64,000 nucleotides of DNA from Candidatus Omnitrophota bacterium (GCA_049642065.1 JBAROK010000056.1:1072-65071); one strand, 5' to 3'. Shown: positions 1-11,498, counted from the first letter of the stretch. Notes: generated by a model not told the origin, from the sequence alone. Translations and numbers: made by a program.

Positions 1-1547
1 CTGGGACGCAAAAGAAGACTGGTACCCCGATAAGCTCAAAAAAAACCCTGGTATTCGGTGGTAACGATAAATTCGCTCCCTATTCATTCTCTGCTGACAA
101 CTACCCTACGGGTTATTCGGTAGACCTGGTCAAGATCCTGTCGGCGACCATTAACAAAAATATAACTATCAAGCTTATGCCATGGCATCAATGTATATCT
201 GAGCTGCGAAACGGCAAGATCGACGGGCTGATCGGCGCCCCTATCTTTGAAGGACGCGAGGCGTACATGGATTATTCTACGCCAGTAACCGAGATCGAAT
301 TCGCTATATTCGTCGAGGCAAGCAACCATTACGTTAATTCCCTTAAATCCTTGGAAGGTACAGTAGTCGCACTGCATAAAGAAAGCCTTGTTGCCGGCAC
401 ACTTAAAAAATACCCGAGGATCAAGCTTTCCGAGACCGGCTCCGTGGAAGAAGCGCTTCAGAAACTAAACAACCGGGAAGTAACCGCAGTAATAGCAGAA
501 AAAAACGTAGCTCTTTACTACATCCAGAACGAAGCCGAAAACATTAAAGGCATCAAGCTTGTGGGCGCGCCGTTGAGACCAGTCTATCCTTACGCAATAG
601 CTACCAGGGAAGGATCTAGTACTCTATTAACAGATATAGACCGTGGCATAAAAATACTGGAAAGTAACGGTACTATCGAAAAGCTTAAAAGAAAATGGTT
701 CGGTCTTCACCTGGCTGAACCTTTCCCCTGGAAAATGGTCACTTTGATGACTTCAGGGATAACTCTGCTACTATTTATCTTTGCGGGCATACTCTGGGTT
801 ATTTCTTTGAACGCCACGGTAAAAGCTAAAACCCGTCAGATACAGCTTATGAGCGAAAAAATGGTTCAAAAGGACAAACTGGCTGTTCTGGGAAAACTTG
901 CCGGTCAGATAGCGCATGAATTGCGCACTCCTTTAAGCATTATAAACAATTCCGTGTTCCTCCTTAGAAAAGAAGGCAGTGAAAATATAGATCTCTTTGA
1001 AAAACGTTTAAAAGTACTTGAAGAAAAGATCAAGCTTTCAAGTAACATCCTCGAAAGTATACTCAGTTATTCCAGGGTTAAGGCTGAAATAGCTACTCAG
1101 ATCTCTATAAAGAACTGTGTGGAAGAAGTGATTAAAGACATGGATATCCCTGAAGGCATTGAAATTTCAACAACTTTTGAAAAACCCGAAACTCTTATGG
1201 TATTCATGGACTTCCACCAGCTTTACAGCGTTCTCAGGAACCTTGTGCTGAACTCCACTCAGGCAATGGGAGAAACCGGAAAGCTCACCATAACAGCTTT
1301 TCTGGATAACACTACTATGATGGTTTCCCTGCGTATCTGCGATACTGGTAAAGGTGTAATGGAGAGCTCGAAAAACAAGATATTCAACCTCTTTTACAGC
1401 ACTAAGATCACGGGTACGGGACTGGGCCTGCCCATATCCAAATCCATCATAGAAGCCAACGACGGTGAACTTTACTTGGAAGAGACCAGCAAAAAAGGTA
1501 CCTGCTTCATCGTAAAGCTGCCCTCTTCAAGGACCACGAAAGCATAG
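1..1547 (+). CDS. Sensor histidine kinase, 5'-partial. It has a periplasmic solute-binding-like sensor domain, one TM helix, a HisKA domain and an HATPase domain.
   Basis: The reading frame is open from position 3 with no stop, so the gene starts upstream of the window. The N-terminal part resembles type-3 periplasmic solute-binding proteins (LVFGGNDKFAPYSFS..GYSVDL...GKIDGLIG). TM segment is LMTSGITLLLFIFAGILWVI. The H-box is LAGQIAHELRTPL and the C-terminal ATPase carries G-box GTGLGL. Confidence 0.8.
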   Translation, partial: GTQKKTGTPISSKKTLVFGGNDKFAPYSFSADNYPTGYSVDLVKILSATINKNITIKLMPWHQCISELRNGKIDGLIGAPIFEGREAYMDYSTPVTEIEFAIFVEASNHYVNSLKSLEGTVVALHKESLVAGTLKKYPRIKLSETGSVEEALQKLNNREVTAVIAEKNVALYYIQNEAENIKGIKLVGAPLRPVYPYAIATREGSSTLLTDIDRGIKILESNGTIEKLKRKWFGLHLAEPFPWKMVTLMTSGITLLLFIFAGILWVISLNATVKAKTRQIQLMSEKMVQKDKLAVLGKLAGQIAHELRTPLSIINNSVFLLRKEGSENIDLFEKRLKVLEEKIKLSSNILESILSYSRVKAEIATQISIKNCVEEVIKDMDIPEGIEISTTFEKPETLMVFMDFHQLYSVLRNLVLNSTQAMGETGKLTITAFLDNTTMMVSLRICDTGKGVMESSKNKIFNLFYSTKITGTGLGLPISKSIIEANDGELYLEETSKKGTCFIVKLPSSRTTKA

Positions 1548-1552
1548 TAGAA

Positions 1553-1924
1553 ATGACTGATAATGACCACCCTAAAATATTGCTTGTAGACGATGATAAG
1601 GACATGTGCGAGTCCCTTGCAGATGTCCTTACTTTGGACTCATCCTACAACGTAAACTACACGACCGAGCCTCTTAAAGCGCTGGAGATGATCGAAAAAG
1701 AGGAGTATTCACTTATAATAATCGATTATAAAATGCCTCAAATGAACGGTGTGGAGCTTTTGAAGCGCATGAAATCATCAAAACCCAATGTGATCATTTT
1801 CATGCTTACCGCCTTTATCTCGAACGAGCTTATCGAGCAAGCTAAAAGAGAAGGCGCGGATAAAGTCCTTTCAAAATTCATCTGGCCTGACGAAATCCTT
1901 AAACATATTAAGGAAGTAGTCTAA
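1553..1924 (+). CDS. Stand-alone response regulator receiver domain, CheY-like.
   Basis: ILLVDDDKD...IIIDYKMPQMNGVELLKRMK shows the receiver Asp pocket and phospho-acceptor Asp. There is no output domain. It lies 6 nt downstream of the kinase. Confidence 0.8.
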   Translation: MTDNDHPKILLVDDDKDMCESLADVLTLDSSYNVNYTTEPLKALEMIEKEEYSLIIIDYKMPQMNGVELLKRMKSSKPNVIIFMLTAFISNELIEQAKREGADKVLSKFIWPDEILKHIKEVV

Positions 1925-1983
1925 AAGGGTTAATTTTACTGTTGAAAAACCGCTGTAAATATGTTATTTTGACACCTGATTAT

Positions 1984-2019
1984 CGCCGGTGATTTTCATC
2001 ACCGGTTTCTTTTAATATA
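1984..2019 (+). terminator. Rho-independent terminator after the receiver gene.
   Basis: Hairpin ccggtgattttcatcaccgg (8-bp stem) is followed by tttctttt. Confidence 0.5.
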
Positions 2020-2058
2020 GATCCGCGTTTAAAAACAAAAACTGAAGGAGTATTTCGC

Positions 2059-4035
2059 ATGATAGTAGTTCCCCTTATTGGATTAGCTGGTATGGTCTTC
2101 GCTCTTATTACATTTCTTCTGGTCATGAAGAACCCGGAAGGCACGGACAAGATGAGAGACATCTCTCATGAAGTGCACAACGGTGCCATGATCTTCCTTG
2201 CCCGTGAATACCGTATTATATTTGTTTTTATCGTGATCATGTTCGCTATTATGGCAAAGTTCCTGTCCTTAACGACCGGGATAGCGTACATATCCGGCGC
2301 CTTCTGTTCGATGCTTGCCGGGTTCATTGGAATGAAAGCAGCTACCCGTTCCACCGCAAGAACATGTGAAGCCGCCAGAAGCTTCGGAGCTCCAGAAGCT
2401 CTTTGCGTGGCTTTTAAAGGCGGATCCGTAATGGGAATAACTGTCGCGGCTCTTGGCGTCATCGGTGTAGGGATCTGGTTCCTCGTAACAAAAGATACGG
2501 GCATCATCACCGGGTTTGCGCTTGGCGCCAGTTCTATAGCTCTTTTTGCTCGTGTCGGTGGCGGTATATTCACAAAAGCCGCAGATATGGGATCCGACCT
2601 CGTAGGTAAAATAGAAGCCGGCATCCCCGAAGACGACCCCCGTAATCCAGGCGTTATCGCCGATAACGTCGGAGATAATGTCGGTGATACTGCCGGTATG
2701 GGTGCGGACCTCTTTGAATCTTACGTAGGTTCGGTTATAGCTACCATGGCTATAGGTGCGGCGATGATGAACCCGCTTACGGCAATGTCCTTTCCGCTGA
2801 TACTTATAACGATAGGGCTGGTTGCCTCCATGCTCGGCGTGCTCTCAATAAATCTTCTCAAGAACCTTAATCCACAGACCGCGCTAAGGAATTCTACACT
2901 TATATCCGCCCTGCTCTTCTTAGCAGGAGCGTTCATGCTCTCGAAAATGATGTTCGGCGGCATAAACCAGTTCTGGGCGATATTCGCCGGGCTTGTAGCA
3001 GGTATTCTGATCGGGTTTGAAAGCGAATATTTTACATCCGGAAAACCTATCAAGGAAATAGCTAAAAGCGCTCAATCCGGACCAGCAACTACCATAGTAT
3101 CGGGTCTTGCCGTAGGTTTTGAAAGCACTATACTGCCGGTACTGACCATCAGCGCAGCTATGCTTGTTTCATATCATTTCAGCCAGCTTTACGGTATAGG
3201 GCTTGCTGCTGTCGGTATGCTGTGCACTATAGGAATAGTGATGTCCACCGATTCGTACGGTCCGATAGCCGATAATGCCGGCGGTATAGCCGAAATGGCC
3301 GGACTTGATAAAGACGTGCGCAAGATCACCGATAAACTCGATTCGCTCGGTAATACGACCGCTGCCATAGGTAAAGGGTTTGCTATAGGTTCAGCGGCTC
3401 TTACGGCACTTGCTCTTTTTGCCGCGTTTCAGAAGGTCACTGGTCTTAAAGCTATTGATCTCATAAAACCTCTGCCGGTAGCCGGGCTTTTCATAGGCGC
3501 TCTGGTCCCCTTCTCAATAGCGGCAATGACGCTCAAAGCCGTCGGAAGAGCTGCCGATAAGCTCGTACAGGAGATCCGCCGTCAGTTCAGGGAAATTACG
3601 GGTCTTATGGAAGGAACAGCTAAACCTGATACACAGGCGTGTATAGATATTGCCACTAAAAGCGCTCTTAACGAAATGGTCCTTCCGGGCATTACAGCGA
3701 TAATAACACCAGCTCTTGTGGGAATAATACTCGGTGTTGAAGCTCTTGGAGGTTTTCTTGCCGGAGCTACGGTATGCGGCGTGCTCTTGGGCATAATGAT
3801 GGCTAACGGGGGCGGCGCGTGGGATAACGCGAAGAAATGGATAGAAGAAGGCAACCTCGGAGGAAAAGGTACCGAAACCCATCAGGCCGCAATAGTCGGT
3901 GACACTGTCGGAGATCCTTTTAAGGACACGACAGGCCCGGCAATGAACATCCTGATAAAGCTTATGGGCATGGTATCCCTCGTTTTCGGCGGGGTATTCC
4001 TTTTGGCACATGAATGGTTCATGGGTTTATTCTAA
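2059..4035 (+). CDS. hppA: Membrane-bound proton-translocating pyrophosphatase, K+-dependent type.
   Basis: The signature DNVGDNVGD is present and [18 protein letters not shown] carries Ala at the K+-dependence position. There are at least 15 predicted TM helices. RBS GAAGGAG lies 8 nt upstream. Confidence 0.9.
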   Translation: MIVVPLIGLAGMVFALITFLLVMKNPEGTDKMRDISHEVHNGAMIFLAREYRIIFVFIVIMFAIMAKFLSLTTGIAYISGAFCSMLAGFIGMKAATRSTARTCEAARSFGAPEALCVAFKGGSVMGITVAALGVIGVGIWFLVTKDTGIITGFALGASSIALFARVGGGIFTKAADMGSDLVGKIEAGIPEDDPRNPGVIADNVGDNVGDTAGMGADLFESYVGSVIATMAIGAAMMNPLTAMSFPLILITIGLVASMLGVLSINLLKNLNPQTALRNSTLISALLFLAGAFMLSKMMFGGINQFWAIFAGLVAGILIGFESEYFTSGKPIKEIAKSAQSGPATTIVSGLAVGFESTILPVLTISAAMLVSYHFSQLYGIGLAAVGMLCTIGIVMSTDSYGPIADNAGGIAEMAGLDKDVRKITDKLDSLGNTTAAIGKGFAIGSAALTALALFAAFQKVTGLKAIDLIKPLPVAGLFIGALVPFSIAAMTLKAVGRAADKLVQEIRRQFREITGLMEGTAKPDTQACIDIATKSALNEMVLPGITAIITPALVGIILGVEALGGFLAGATVCGVLLGIMMANGGGAWDNAKKWIEEGNLGGKGTETHQAAIVGDTVGDPFKDTTGPAMNILIKLMGMVSLVFGGVFLLAHEWFMGLF

Positions 4036-4055
4036 TTATCTAAGGAGGGTACGCG

Positions 4056-4583
4056 ATGGATCTCGATAAAGTAATCCGTAAAGTCCCGAATTTCCCTAAG
4101 CCTGGTGTGCTTTTCTATGACGTGACCAGCATATTCCTTAATCCAGAAGCTTTTGATCACGTAATATCACGCATGGAAGATATTTATAAAGATGTCGAAC
4201 TCGATGGCATCGTAGCGATTGAAAGCAGGGGGTTCATTCTTGGGGCTCCTTTCGCGCTAAGAAGATCTCTCCCTCTCGTACTTGCCAGAAAAAAAGGTAA
4301 ACTCCCCGGGGATACCGTGGAACAGATCTACACTTTGGAATATGGAGAAGAGACGCTTGAACTGCACAAATCGGATATCAACCCCGGGAAATGGCTTATC
4401 GTAGATGACCTTATCGCTACCGGCGGTACGCTTGAAGCGGTGGCAAAGATGATAGAAGCTCAGGGCGGAGAAGTTGCCGGTATTTTCTCGATGATAGGCT
4501 TGCCCTTCCTGAACTATATGGACAAGATAAGCCGCTACAGCCCGAAGACACTAATAGATTATCAGGGAGAACACGTTAAATAA
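4056..4583 (+). CDS. apt: Adenine phosphoribosyltransferase.
   Basis: PRPP-binding motif LIVDDLIATGGT is present. Overall APRT-like, 175 aa. Confidence 0.85.
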   Translation: MDLDKVIRKVPNFPKPGVLFYDVTSIFLNPEAFDHVISRMEDIYKDVELDGIVAIESRGFILGAPFALRRSLPLVLARKKGKLPGDTVEQIYTLEYGEETLELHKSDINPGKWLIVDDLIATGGTLEAVAKMIEAQGGEVAGIFSMIGLPFLNYMDKISRYSPKTLIDYQGEHVK

Positions 4584-5502
4584 GGCCCTTAAGATCTAAC
4601 CCCTTATAAAGGACCAAATGGTCCTGCGACTGTATAAGGGGTTTTTTCTTCTTCCAGAATTCTTCATAAACAAATTCTGTTATTTCCTCTTTCTGCGGCT
4701 TGGTATATTTATAGACGTTGGGATACAAAAGTATCATCCATACTACCGCCATGAATTTTTCAAAATCGTTCACGAAAAACCTTACACGGTTAGTCCTTGA
4801 AAGTATTTGAGCGTTTTTAAAAACACTGTTTCTTTGAAGCTCTTCCTTAAACTCCAGAAGGTTCTGGTCGTTATGGCGACCGAAATATTTTCCCACGAAA
4901 TGGTCATAAAGCCAGGTAGTGGTATCCTTGTCCCTGCCATCAGCGGACATGAGAACTATATGCATCGCCCCTTTCCCGGCCAAGATCTTTTTATAAAGGT
5001 TCTGAATTATAGTGTGCCATTTCTCTTCTTCACAGTAATACAAAGAATGGTGTAGGGTTATTAGATTGACTTTCTTCTCGCCAAGTTTTTGTTTCAGGAA
5101 GGAATCCGTTCTGGATAGGCTGCTAAAAGCCTTATTGTAATCATCGCATATCGTAGTTACATGATCGGTATTCTGCCGGGATACGCGTTCTTTAACTATA
5201 TCCAGCGCTTCTTCCTCCACATCAAACAGGTAAAGACCTCCCCTGAACGCGGTTTCCAGTATCCTGAACTGCGGTTCGTCACTGGATCCTATCGACAGCG
5301 CACGCAAGGCTTTCGACAGATCAAAAGCTTTGCTAAGTGTCCTTATTACCTTTGCTAGCTGTTCACCTATATCAACCTTATCGTTGCTATAACACGACCA
5401 TACCTTGTCTTCCTGGTACATCTTGGAGTCACCTATCTTGACCCCCTGTTCTATAAGCTTTTTATCCTTTTTTGACAACATTACTTTCTCCTCCCCTGTC
5501 AT
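4576..5502 (-). CDS. Hypothetical protein, possibly a class I SAM-dependent methyltransferase fold.
   Basis: A motif-I-like RALSIGSSDEP and an acidic beta2 end LYLFDVEEE are visible. No confident family assignment. Confidence 0.3.
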   Translation of the reverse strand: MTGEEKVMLSKKDKKLIEQGVKIGDSKMYQEDKVWSCYSNDKVDIGEQLAKVIRTLSKAFDLSKALRALSIGSSDEPQFRILETAFRGGLYLFDVEEEALDIVKERVSRQNTDHVTTICDDYNKAFSSLSRTDSFLKQKLGEKKVNLITLHHSLYYCEEEKWHTIIQNLYKKILAGKGAMHIVLMSADGRDKDTTTWLYDHFVGKYFGRHNDQNLLEFKEELQRNSVFKNAQILSRTNRVRFFVNDFEKFMAVVWMILLYPNVYKYTKPQKEEITEFVYEEFWKKKKPLIQSQDHLVLYKGLDLKGLI

Positions 5503-5586
5503 ATTTTGAAGCTATTATACACATCTATCCCGGTGAAATCAAAACCTCTATTGCTTTTCTCATGCCGAACTACTATACTAAATGTC

Positions 5587-6825
5587 ATGCGAAAGATAAT
5601 AGCTATCATCCTGCTTATACCTGTTTTTCTATATAGTGCCGGCATATCTCTGGCTCAAGAAGAGGAACCTCGCCTCGGGGTCTGGATAACCGTCTTCTCT
5701 CCAGAAAAAGTGCTTTATTCAAAGAAAAACGTCGACCAGCTTATAACCACCTGCAAAAAGACCGGTATCAGTGATATATATATCCAGGTTTACAGAGCCG
5801 ATAAAGCCTACTACAACTCGGCTCTTACCGATAGAAACGCTTACGAGAAAATGCTCTCAGAGTCGCAAGAAGATGCCCTTAAATACCTGATCTCTAAAGC
5901 GAAAAAGAATAATATCAGCGTTCACGCGTGGATGAATCTTTTAAGTATCGCCAAGAACAAAAACGCTAACGTAGTCAAAAAGTTCGGTGAAGATGTAATC
6001 ACTATAGACCAGCACGGCAGAACTTCCATGCAAGGCGCTAAAAAGGATAAGCTGGATAGCTATTATATACGCGAGCATCAGCTTTTTCTGGAGCCCGGTG
6101 ATGAACGCGTGCGAAATTACCTTACGAATATTGCCGAAGAAATAGTAAAGAAATATCCGGGGTTATCGGGGCTGCATCTTGATTACATACGGTATCCCTC
6201 TATCGTCCCCTTCACTCCAGGATCAAGATTCAACTCCCATGGGATCTCTTACGGGTATACCCGCACAAATATCAAGAATTTCCAGGAAAGTACGGGCCTT
6301 AACGCAAAAACAATGCAATATTCACGGCAAAACTTCAAGAAATGGGACACCTGGCGAAGAGACCAGGTCACTCTGCTGGTAAAGAGTATTTCTGACCGTG
6401 TACGTGCAGTTTCACCAGACCTGGAAATATCCTGCACAATAGTCCCTTCCATGGAAAGAACCTACCTGGTGACTTTCCAGGATTGGACCAGATGGCTTGA
6501 AGAAGATATCGTTGATTATGTCGTTGCGATGAACTATACGGATGATACGCGTCTTTTGACGCTTAACGCCAAATCCCTTCTTCTGCCAGGCCTTGATAAG
6601 AAAGTATACATGGGGGTAGGTGCTTATCTTCTTGAGGATATACCTGAGGTGCTTGAAGCAGAAATAGATACCTTGCGTGAACTTTCTCCCGGCGGGATAG
6701 TCGTCTTCTCTTATGATGATATAGCTAAAAATGAGAGTCTGCAAAAGTTCCTGACGGAGAGATTTATGCCTCAGGAGAAAACGGATCAAAATCCGGCCCA
6801 GCCGCTTTCCTCAAGCGGTTCATAA
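5587..6825 (+). CDS. Secreted GHL10-like (YngK-like) glycoside-hydrolase-like TIM-barrel protein.
   Basis: Signal peptide is MRKIIAIILLIPVFLYSAGISLAQ. GVWITVFS...GISDIYIQVYRAD...NISVHAWMN resembles the DUF4015/GHL10 family. The start was moved from the ORF-track ATG at 5506 to the ATG at 5587. Confidence 0.5.
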   Translation: MRKIIAIILLIPVFLYSAGISLAQEEEPRLGVWITVFSPEKVLYSKKNVDQLITTCKKTGISDIYIQVYRADKAYYNSALTDRNAYEKMLSESQEDALKYLISKAKKNNISVHAWMNLLSIAKNKNANVVKKFGEDVITIDQHGRTSMQGAKKDKLDSYYIREHQLFLEPGDERVRNYLTNIAEEIVKKYPGLSGLHLDYIRYPSIVPFTPGSRFNSHGISYGYTRTNIKNFQESTGLNAKTMQYSRQNFKKWDTWRRDQVTLLVKSISDRVRAVSPDLEISCTIVPSMERTYLVTFQDWTRWLEEDIVDYVVAMNYTDDTRLLTLNAKSLLLPGLDKKVYMGVGAYLLEDIPEVLEAEIDTLRELSPGGIVVFSYDDIAKNESLQKFLTERFMPQEKTDQNPAQPLSSSGS

Positions 6826-7807
6826 CTGCCAGACCCAACCCTTTCTCAGGGATAGCTTCAGCTACAATAATACCCGCTTTCTCTGCGTCAAATTCACGCA
6901 GAATATGAAACAGCCTGGTAGCACAGGTTTTACTGTCTTCTGCGGGACCTAGAACTTTGACATCGAACTGGCGATAATCATCGGCATGTTCCTGTATAGC
7001 TATTACTCCCACGTTATGTCCCGAAGAACTTAAATCGGAAGCAAGAGCTATTACCTCTTCTGTTTGTAAGGCACTTCTCTCTACTACCACTACCCTGGCT
7101 CGCGGAGAATAATGTTGCGGATACTTGCCGGGGGATCTATCTTCATCTTGCCTGCCTGATGAAACATCAACGTTCCCCAGAATACTTCGCATCCCTTCGA
7201 TATCCGTGCCACCGGGCCTTAATACGATTACCCGGCCTTCTATGAATTCAACAACAGTGGATTCTACCCCTATCTCCGTCTTCCCGCCATCTAGCACTAT
7301 ATCGATACGACCATCAAGATCGTCTGTAACGTGTGAGGCGGTCGTTGGAGAAGGCCGGCCGAAAAGGTTTGCCGAAGGTGCGGCTATCGGAACGTTCGCT
7401 ACTTCTATGAACTTCCTGGCTATAGGGTTGGACGGCATACGTATCGCTACCGTATCCAGCCCCGTTGTAACAATATCCGGAACTATATCCTTTTTTCTAA
7501 GAACTACGGTAAGTGGACCGGGCCAGAAACGGGCCAGAAGCCGTTCTGCTTCCTGTGGGATATCTTCCGCGAGTTTATACAAATCATCCATATCCGCGAT
7601 ATGCACAATAAGCGGATCATCAAGCGGACGTCTCTTCGCTTCGAAAATACCCGTCACGGCCTTTGAGTCAAGCGCATTCGCACCGAGCCCGTAAACGGTC
7701 TCTGTAGGAAAAGCTACAAGTCCTCTGTTGTGTATAACTTCCGCGGCTTGCTCGATCAGCTTGTGATCTATATTCTGCGGGTCAATATGTAGTACACGAG
7801 GTTTCAT
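6764..7807 (-). CDS. tsaC: L-threonylcarbamoyladenylate synthase, Sua5/YwlC type (YrdC domain plus Sua5 domain).
   Basis: AFPTETVYGLGANA is the YrdC signature. The protein is 347 aa and has a C-terminal Sua5 extension. Confidence 0.8.
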   Translation of the reverse strand: MKPRVLHIDPQNIDHKLIEQAAEVIHNRGLVAFPTETVYGLGANALDSKAVTGIFEAKRRPLDDPLIVHIADMDDLYKLAEDIPQEAERLLARFWPGPLTVVLRKKDIVPDIVTTGLDTVAIRMPSNPIARKFIEVANVPIAAPSANLFGRPSPTTASHVTDDLDGRIDIVLDGGKTEIGVESTVVEFIEGRVIVLRPGGTDIEGMRSILGNVDVSSGRQDEDRSPGKYPQHYSPRARVVVVERSALQTEEVIALASDLSSSGHNVGVIAIQEHADDYRQFDVKVLGPAEDSKTCATRLFHILREFDAEKAGIIVAEAIPEKGLGLAVMNRLRKAAGPDFDPFSPEA

Positions 7808-7814
7808 CAGCGTC

Positions 7815-8717
7815 TTAAAGTTCTTTGCCAGTAAGTATCTTGTACGCCTGGAGATACTTTTTGCGGGTCTTCTGGACTATATCCTCAGGAAGCTCGGGTC
7901 CCGGGGGCGTCTTGTCCCAATCCAGGGTCTCGAGATAATCGCGTACGAATTGTTTGTCAAAACTTTTCTGGGAACGCCCAGGCTGGTAATCGTCTTTTGG
8001 CCAGAACCTTGATGAATCGGGTGTAAGGATTTCATCGATAAGTATTATCTTATCTCCTGTTTTTCCGAATTCAAATTTAGTGTCGGCGATTATTATGCCT
8101 TTGGTATCGGCGAAATCACGCGCTTTGGAATATATCTCAATACTTTTCTGCTTGATGATATCAAACGTCTCGTCACCTAGCTCTTTCCTCGCCTCTTCCT
8201 GGGTTATGTTGATGTCATGTCCTTCATCAGCCTTGGTGGAAGGCGTGAATATCGGATTCTCAAGCCTATCCGACTCTTTCAATCCTTCAGGAAGTTTTAT
8301 ACCGCATATCATACCAGTCTTCTTGTAATCTTTCCATCCGGAGCCTGATATATAACCGCGTACTATGCACTCTACGGTAAGCGGAGTGGCTTTATCGACA
8401 AGCATAGATCTTTTATCAAGCACATCACGGTAGGGTTTAAGACGCTCATCGGCTGAAATGATCTGGTCTATGTCGGTGGTGATCCTGTGGTTTTCGATGA
8501 CGTCCGCCATATAATTGAACCAGAAATCAGAAATAAGGTTGAGTATCTTTCCCTTGTCCGGTATGCCGTTAGCCATGATGACATCGAATGCCGAGATCCT
8601 GTCAGATGCCACAAAAAGCAACTTGTCGCCTAGATCATATACGTTTCTCACTTTGCCTTTTTTGACAAGAGTTACATTATCCAGATTCATTGTAAGCAAA
8701 GTTTTTGTCGTTTCCAT
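7815..8717 (-). CDS. purC: Phosphoribosylaminoimidazole-succinocarboxamide synthase (SAICAR synthetase).
   Basis: [21 protein letters not shown] is the PurC signature. The start was reassigned to the internal ATG (METTKT...), which is preceded by RBS TAAGGAGAAAGAA. The ORF-track start at 8807 would overlap pckG. Confidence 0.85.
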   Translation of the reverse strand: METTKTLLTMNLDNVTLVKKGKVRNVYDLGDKLLFVASDRISAFDVIMANGIPDKGKILNLISDFWFNYMADVIENHRITTDIDQIISADERLKPYRDVLDKRSMLVDKATPLTVECIVRGYISGSGWKDYKKTGMICGIKLPEGLKESDRLENPIFTPSTKADEGHDINITQEEARKELGDETFDIIKQKSIEIYSKARDFADTKGIIIADTKFEFGKTGDKIILIDEILTPDSSRFWPKDDYQPGRSQKSFDKQFVRDYLETLDWDKTPPGPELPEDIVQKTRKKYLQAYKILTGKEL

Positions 8718-8733
8718 TTCTTTCTCCTTATTA

Positions 8734-10665
8734 TTACTTAGATACAGCCTCTTTTTCGAACACGAAAGGTGAAATATAATCACCATGCTTTTTTTGGCAC
8801 TCTTCAAGGCGCTTTTTCTGATCTTCCATAGCTTTCAGAAAAACATGAGGCGTGTCGAATACCTTGGTATGATATATATCCATTATCCTGACCTTTTTCG
8901 CCAAGCGTTCGGGAATCCTCATCGTGAACTGTTCTTCGTACTGTTCTTTTGTATAATCATCACCAAGCACTTCTTTGAACAACTTAACAAGATCATCGTA
9001 TTTAGGTATATATCCACACGGCGTCTCGATCGCATCGGTTTCGCCATTAACACGCAGCTCCATCCATTTCACCCATACATGCTTATCCTTGATACCGTTC
9101 AGATATTTCCCGTCCTTACCCCTAAGGAAATAGTTTACATGAAAGATCAGTGGCGGTTTTTTAATGCCTTTTACTATATCCAGGTTGTTCTGTATATATC
9201 TGCCTATAGGTATGGAAAGAAAATCAAGGTTCGCCATAAGGTTAAACTTACGGACACCTTCTTGCCCTAATGTAGCAGCCGTTGTCTCGGATTCTATAGT
9301 CGCTGCCTGGGTCAATATCCCATGCGCCCAGTCAAAAGACTGTTCTACCGGCATATTTGTATCAGAATCCCTTCCTCCGTATATAATGCCTCCAACTTCA
9401 ACGCCATCGGGATTCTCAATGTTCTTGTCACAGTTCTTGAGTTCGCTTATCTGTATAGTATAACGCGCATTCTTGTGAGCGTACGGTACATCGTTATCAT
9501 CCGGACCCTTTTTACCCGTAGACCATTTGCCGGAAAAATTCAAGCCCTCTCCGGGAGAAGGCCTACCGTCACCTAGCCAGCGGGGATTATTATCGTTATC
9601 GACAAGCACATTTGAGAAAATAATTTCACTTGGTGTAGTTAACGCTTCAGATATCGCTGGGTCGTTCTTCTCGCTCACATCCTGTATTATCCCGAAAATG
9701 CCTTTTTCCACGTTCACGGCACGGATATTCCCGTCTACATTACGCAGGTAAGCTATATCGTCACCGATAATTTGCTCACCTTCGAGCATAGCTGTTGCAG
9801 TTTTACCGCAAGCGCTAGGAAAGGATCCGGTAAAATAAGTTACTCTTTTCTTGTCCGGTCCATGCACGCCCATCACGAACATATGTTCGGTGAGCCAGCC
9901 TTCCTCCGAAGCTCTCTTGATCGCAAGACGCATAGCCAATTTCTTCAGGCCCACCGTGTTACCGGCGTACTGGGTGTTCGTACTATATACCATCTCCTCA
10001 GCGAGGTCTATGTATACCCGGCGGTTATATACATCCTTACTTACGCCGTTCTCCAAAATTCCTGCGGTATGCAGAAACCTGAAAAATTTTCCCGATCCGC
10101 CCAGTTTACGAAACTGTTCGTATCCACTGCGATACAATATACCTTCTGAATGCGCAACGTAGGTTGAATCCGTTATTTGAACAGCGGATATTGAGAATTT
10201 TGAATCCGTAGGGCCAAGACAGAAGAAACATACATACATCTCTTTACCCTTCATCGCCCCTTTGAAAAGTTCATGCACTTCTTTAAGCCCTTTTTCACGG
10301 TCCTCCGATTTGATATCAGACCCCAGGACCTCATCCGGCCTTAAAAGGTATTTCGTGTTAGATTTATCCCTTGCCTGGTCGTAATAACCATCAAAATGGA
10401 TCGTATGCCCTTTCGTTGACAGTTGCTTTTCTTCTCCCAGTTCCAAGGATCTAGCGCGCAGATACGCTGCATCTTCAGGAGTATCGGTCCTGACAAAAAC
10501 CGAATCCGGATCGCACAGTTCGACGTATTTCGCCACAAAATCATGCATTTTAGGGTTATCCAAGGCTTCGAGTTTTTTGAAATTCTCTTCACCACACTTA
10601 TTTTTTAACAGTTCCACATATTCAGTTTTCATATCTCTTCTTACCTTTCTTTTATTCTTCCACAT
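8734..10665 (-). CDS. pckG: Phosphoenolpyruvate carboxykinase, GTP-dependent.
   Basis: Kinase-1a motif [14 protein letters not shown] is present. The protein is 643 aa and GTP-PEPCK-like throughout. Confidence 0.85.
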   Translation of the reverse strand: MWKNKRKVRRDMKTEYVELLKNKCGEENFKKLEALDNPKMHDFVAKYVELCDPDSVFVRTDTPEDAAYLRARSLELGEEKQLSTKGHTIHFDGYYDQARDKSNTKYLLRPDEVLGSDIKSEDREKGLKEVHELFKGAMKGKEMYVCFFCLGPTDSKFSISAVQITDSTYVAHSEGILYRSGYEQFRKLGGSGKFFRFLHTAGILENGVSKDVYNRRVYIDLAEEMVYSTNTQYAGNTVGLKKLAMRLAIKRASEEGWLTEHMFVMGVHGPDKKRVTYFTGSFPSACGKTATAMLEGEQIIGDDIAYLRNVDGNIRAVNVEKGIFGIIQDVSEKNDPAISEALTTPSEIIFSNVLVDNDNNPRWLGDGRPSPGEGLNFSGKWSTGKKGPDDNDVPYAHKNARYTIQISELKNCDKNIENPDGVEVGGIIYGGRDSDTNMPVEQSFDWAHGILTQAATIESETTAATLGQEGVRKFNLMANLDFLSIPIGRYIQNNLDIVKGIKKPPLIFHVNYFLRGKDGKYLNGIKDKHVWVKWMELRVNGETDAIETPCGYIPKYDDLVKLFKEVLGDDYTKEQYEEQFTMRIPERLAKKVRIMDIYHTKVFDTPHVFLKAMEDQKKRLEECQKKHGDYISPFVFEKEAVSK

Positions 10666-10748
10666 TTATAAGATGCCATTAAATTAAGGACTATATATGT
10701 TATAATATTGTGATAATAGTGTCAAATAATATTAAAAGTTAGAAGCCC

Positions 10749-11417
10749 ATGAAATACAAGAATTTACACGAATGGGACATATCCCCGAAGGAAGCGATTC
10801 GCGTGCAAACGGATATTCGCAATCGAATCATACTTAAACCTTTGCAGCTAAAAGACATACGACTGATCGCAGGTGTTGACGTATCCGTAAAGGAAGACCT
10901 TTCAAGAGCGGCTATAGTTGTGCTTTCATATCCAGATCTAGTGATACAAGAAGAAGTGACATATACTCAAAAAACGACATTTCCTTATGTTCCGGGCCTA
11001 TTAAGCTTCCGGGAAGGTCCCGTCATCTTAAACTGCCTGGATAAACTCATGATGAAACCGGACCTCTTCATCTTTGACGGGCAAGGGTTGGCTCATCCCC
11101 GTAGAACAGGACTTGCTTCACATATGGGCCTCATAATAGGCACACCCAGTATTGGTTCGGCGAAAAGCCATCTTTACGGTACCTATGACACCCCTGGGAG
11201 CAAAAAAGGCGACTATTCGATCATTAAAGATAAGGACGGAACACCTCTGGGCGCAGCGCTAAGAACACGTGATAACACAAACCCGATATACGTATCCCCG
11301 GGACACCTTAGCGATATACCGTCGGCAATAAAAATGATACTTTCATGTTCGCCCCGTTACAAAATACCAGAACCGATACGTGCGGCACATAATGCGGCTT
11401 CTCTGGTAAAAAGATAA
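10749..11417 (+). CDS. nfi: Endonuclease V (deoxyinosine 3' endonuclease).
   Basis: IAGVDVS..., YVPGLLSFREGP and FDGQGLAHPRRTGLASHMGL match the Nfi family. Confidence 0.8.
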   Translation: MKYKNLHEWDISPKEAIRVQTDIRNRIILKPLQLKDIRLIAGVDVSVKEDLSRAAIVVLSYPDLVIQEEVTYTQKTTFPYVPGLLSFREGPVILNCLDKLMMKPDLFIFDGQGLAHPRRTGLASHMGLIIGTPSIGSAKSHLYGTYDTPGSKKGDYSIIKDKDGTPLGAALRTRDNTNPIYVSPGHLSDIPSAIKMILSCSPRYKIPEPIRAAHNAASLVKR

Positions 11418-11498
11418 ACGTCACTGCCCTTGTCTTTTGACTTCTTTAATTATATAATTGTGATACTGCACATATCGAAACATAAAAGGATGGTTTTC

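Noticed and set aside
84-377. 97-aa minus-strand ORF at the window start.
   Set aside because: It lies entirely antisense within the well-supported sensor kinase coding frame and has no RBS or family resemblance. It is a spurious antisense ORF.
3514-4011. 165-aa and 90-aa minus-strand ORFs inside hppA. Also the 2166-2624 and 2721-3053 ORFs.
   Set aside because: They are antisense to a strongly supported H+-PPase gene, and Pro/Ala/Ser-rich composition is typical of antisense translation of GC-richer membrane-protein codons.
8734-8807. Apparent 74-nt overlap between purC and pckG in the ORF track.
   Set aside because: It is resolved by using the internal purC start (METTKT) at 8717, which has a strong RBS (TAAGGAG). 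The upstream extension is an artefact of taking the longest ORF.
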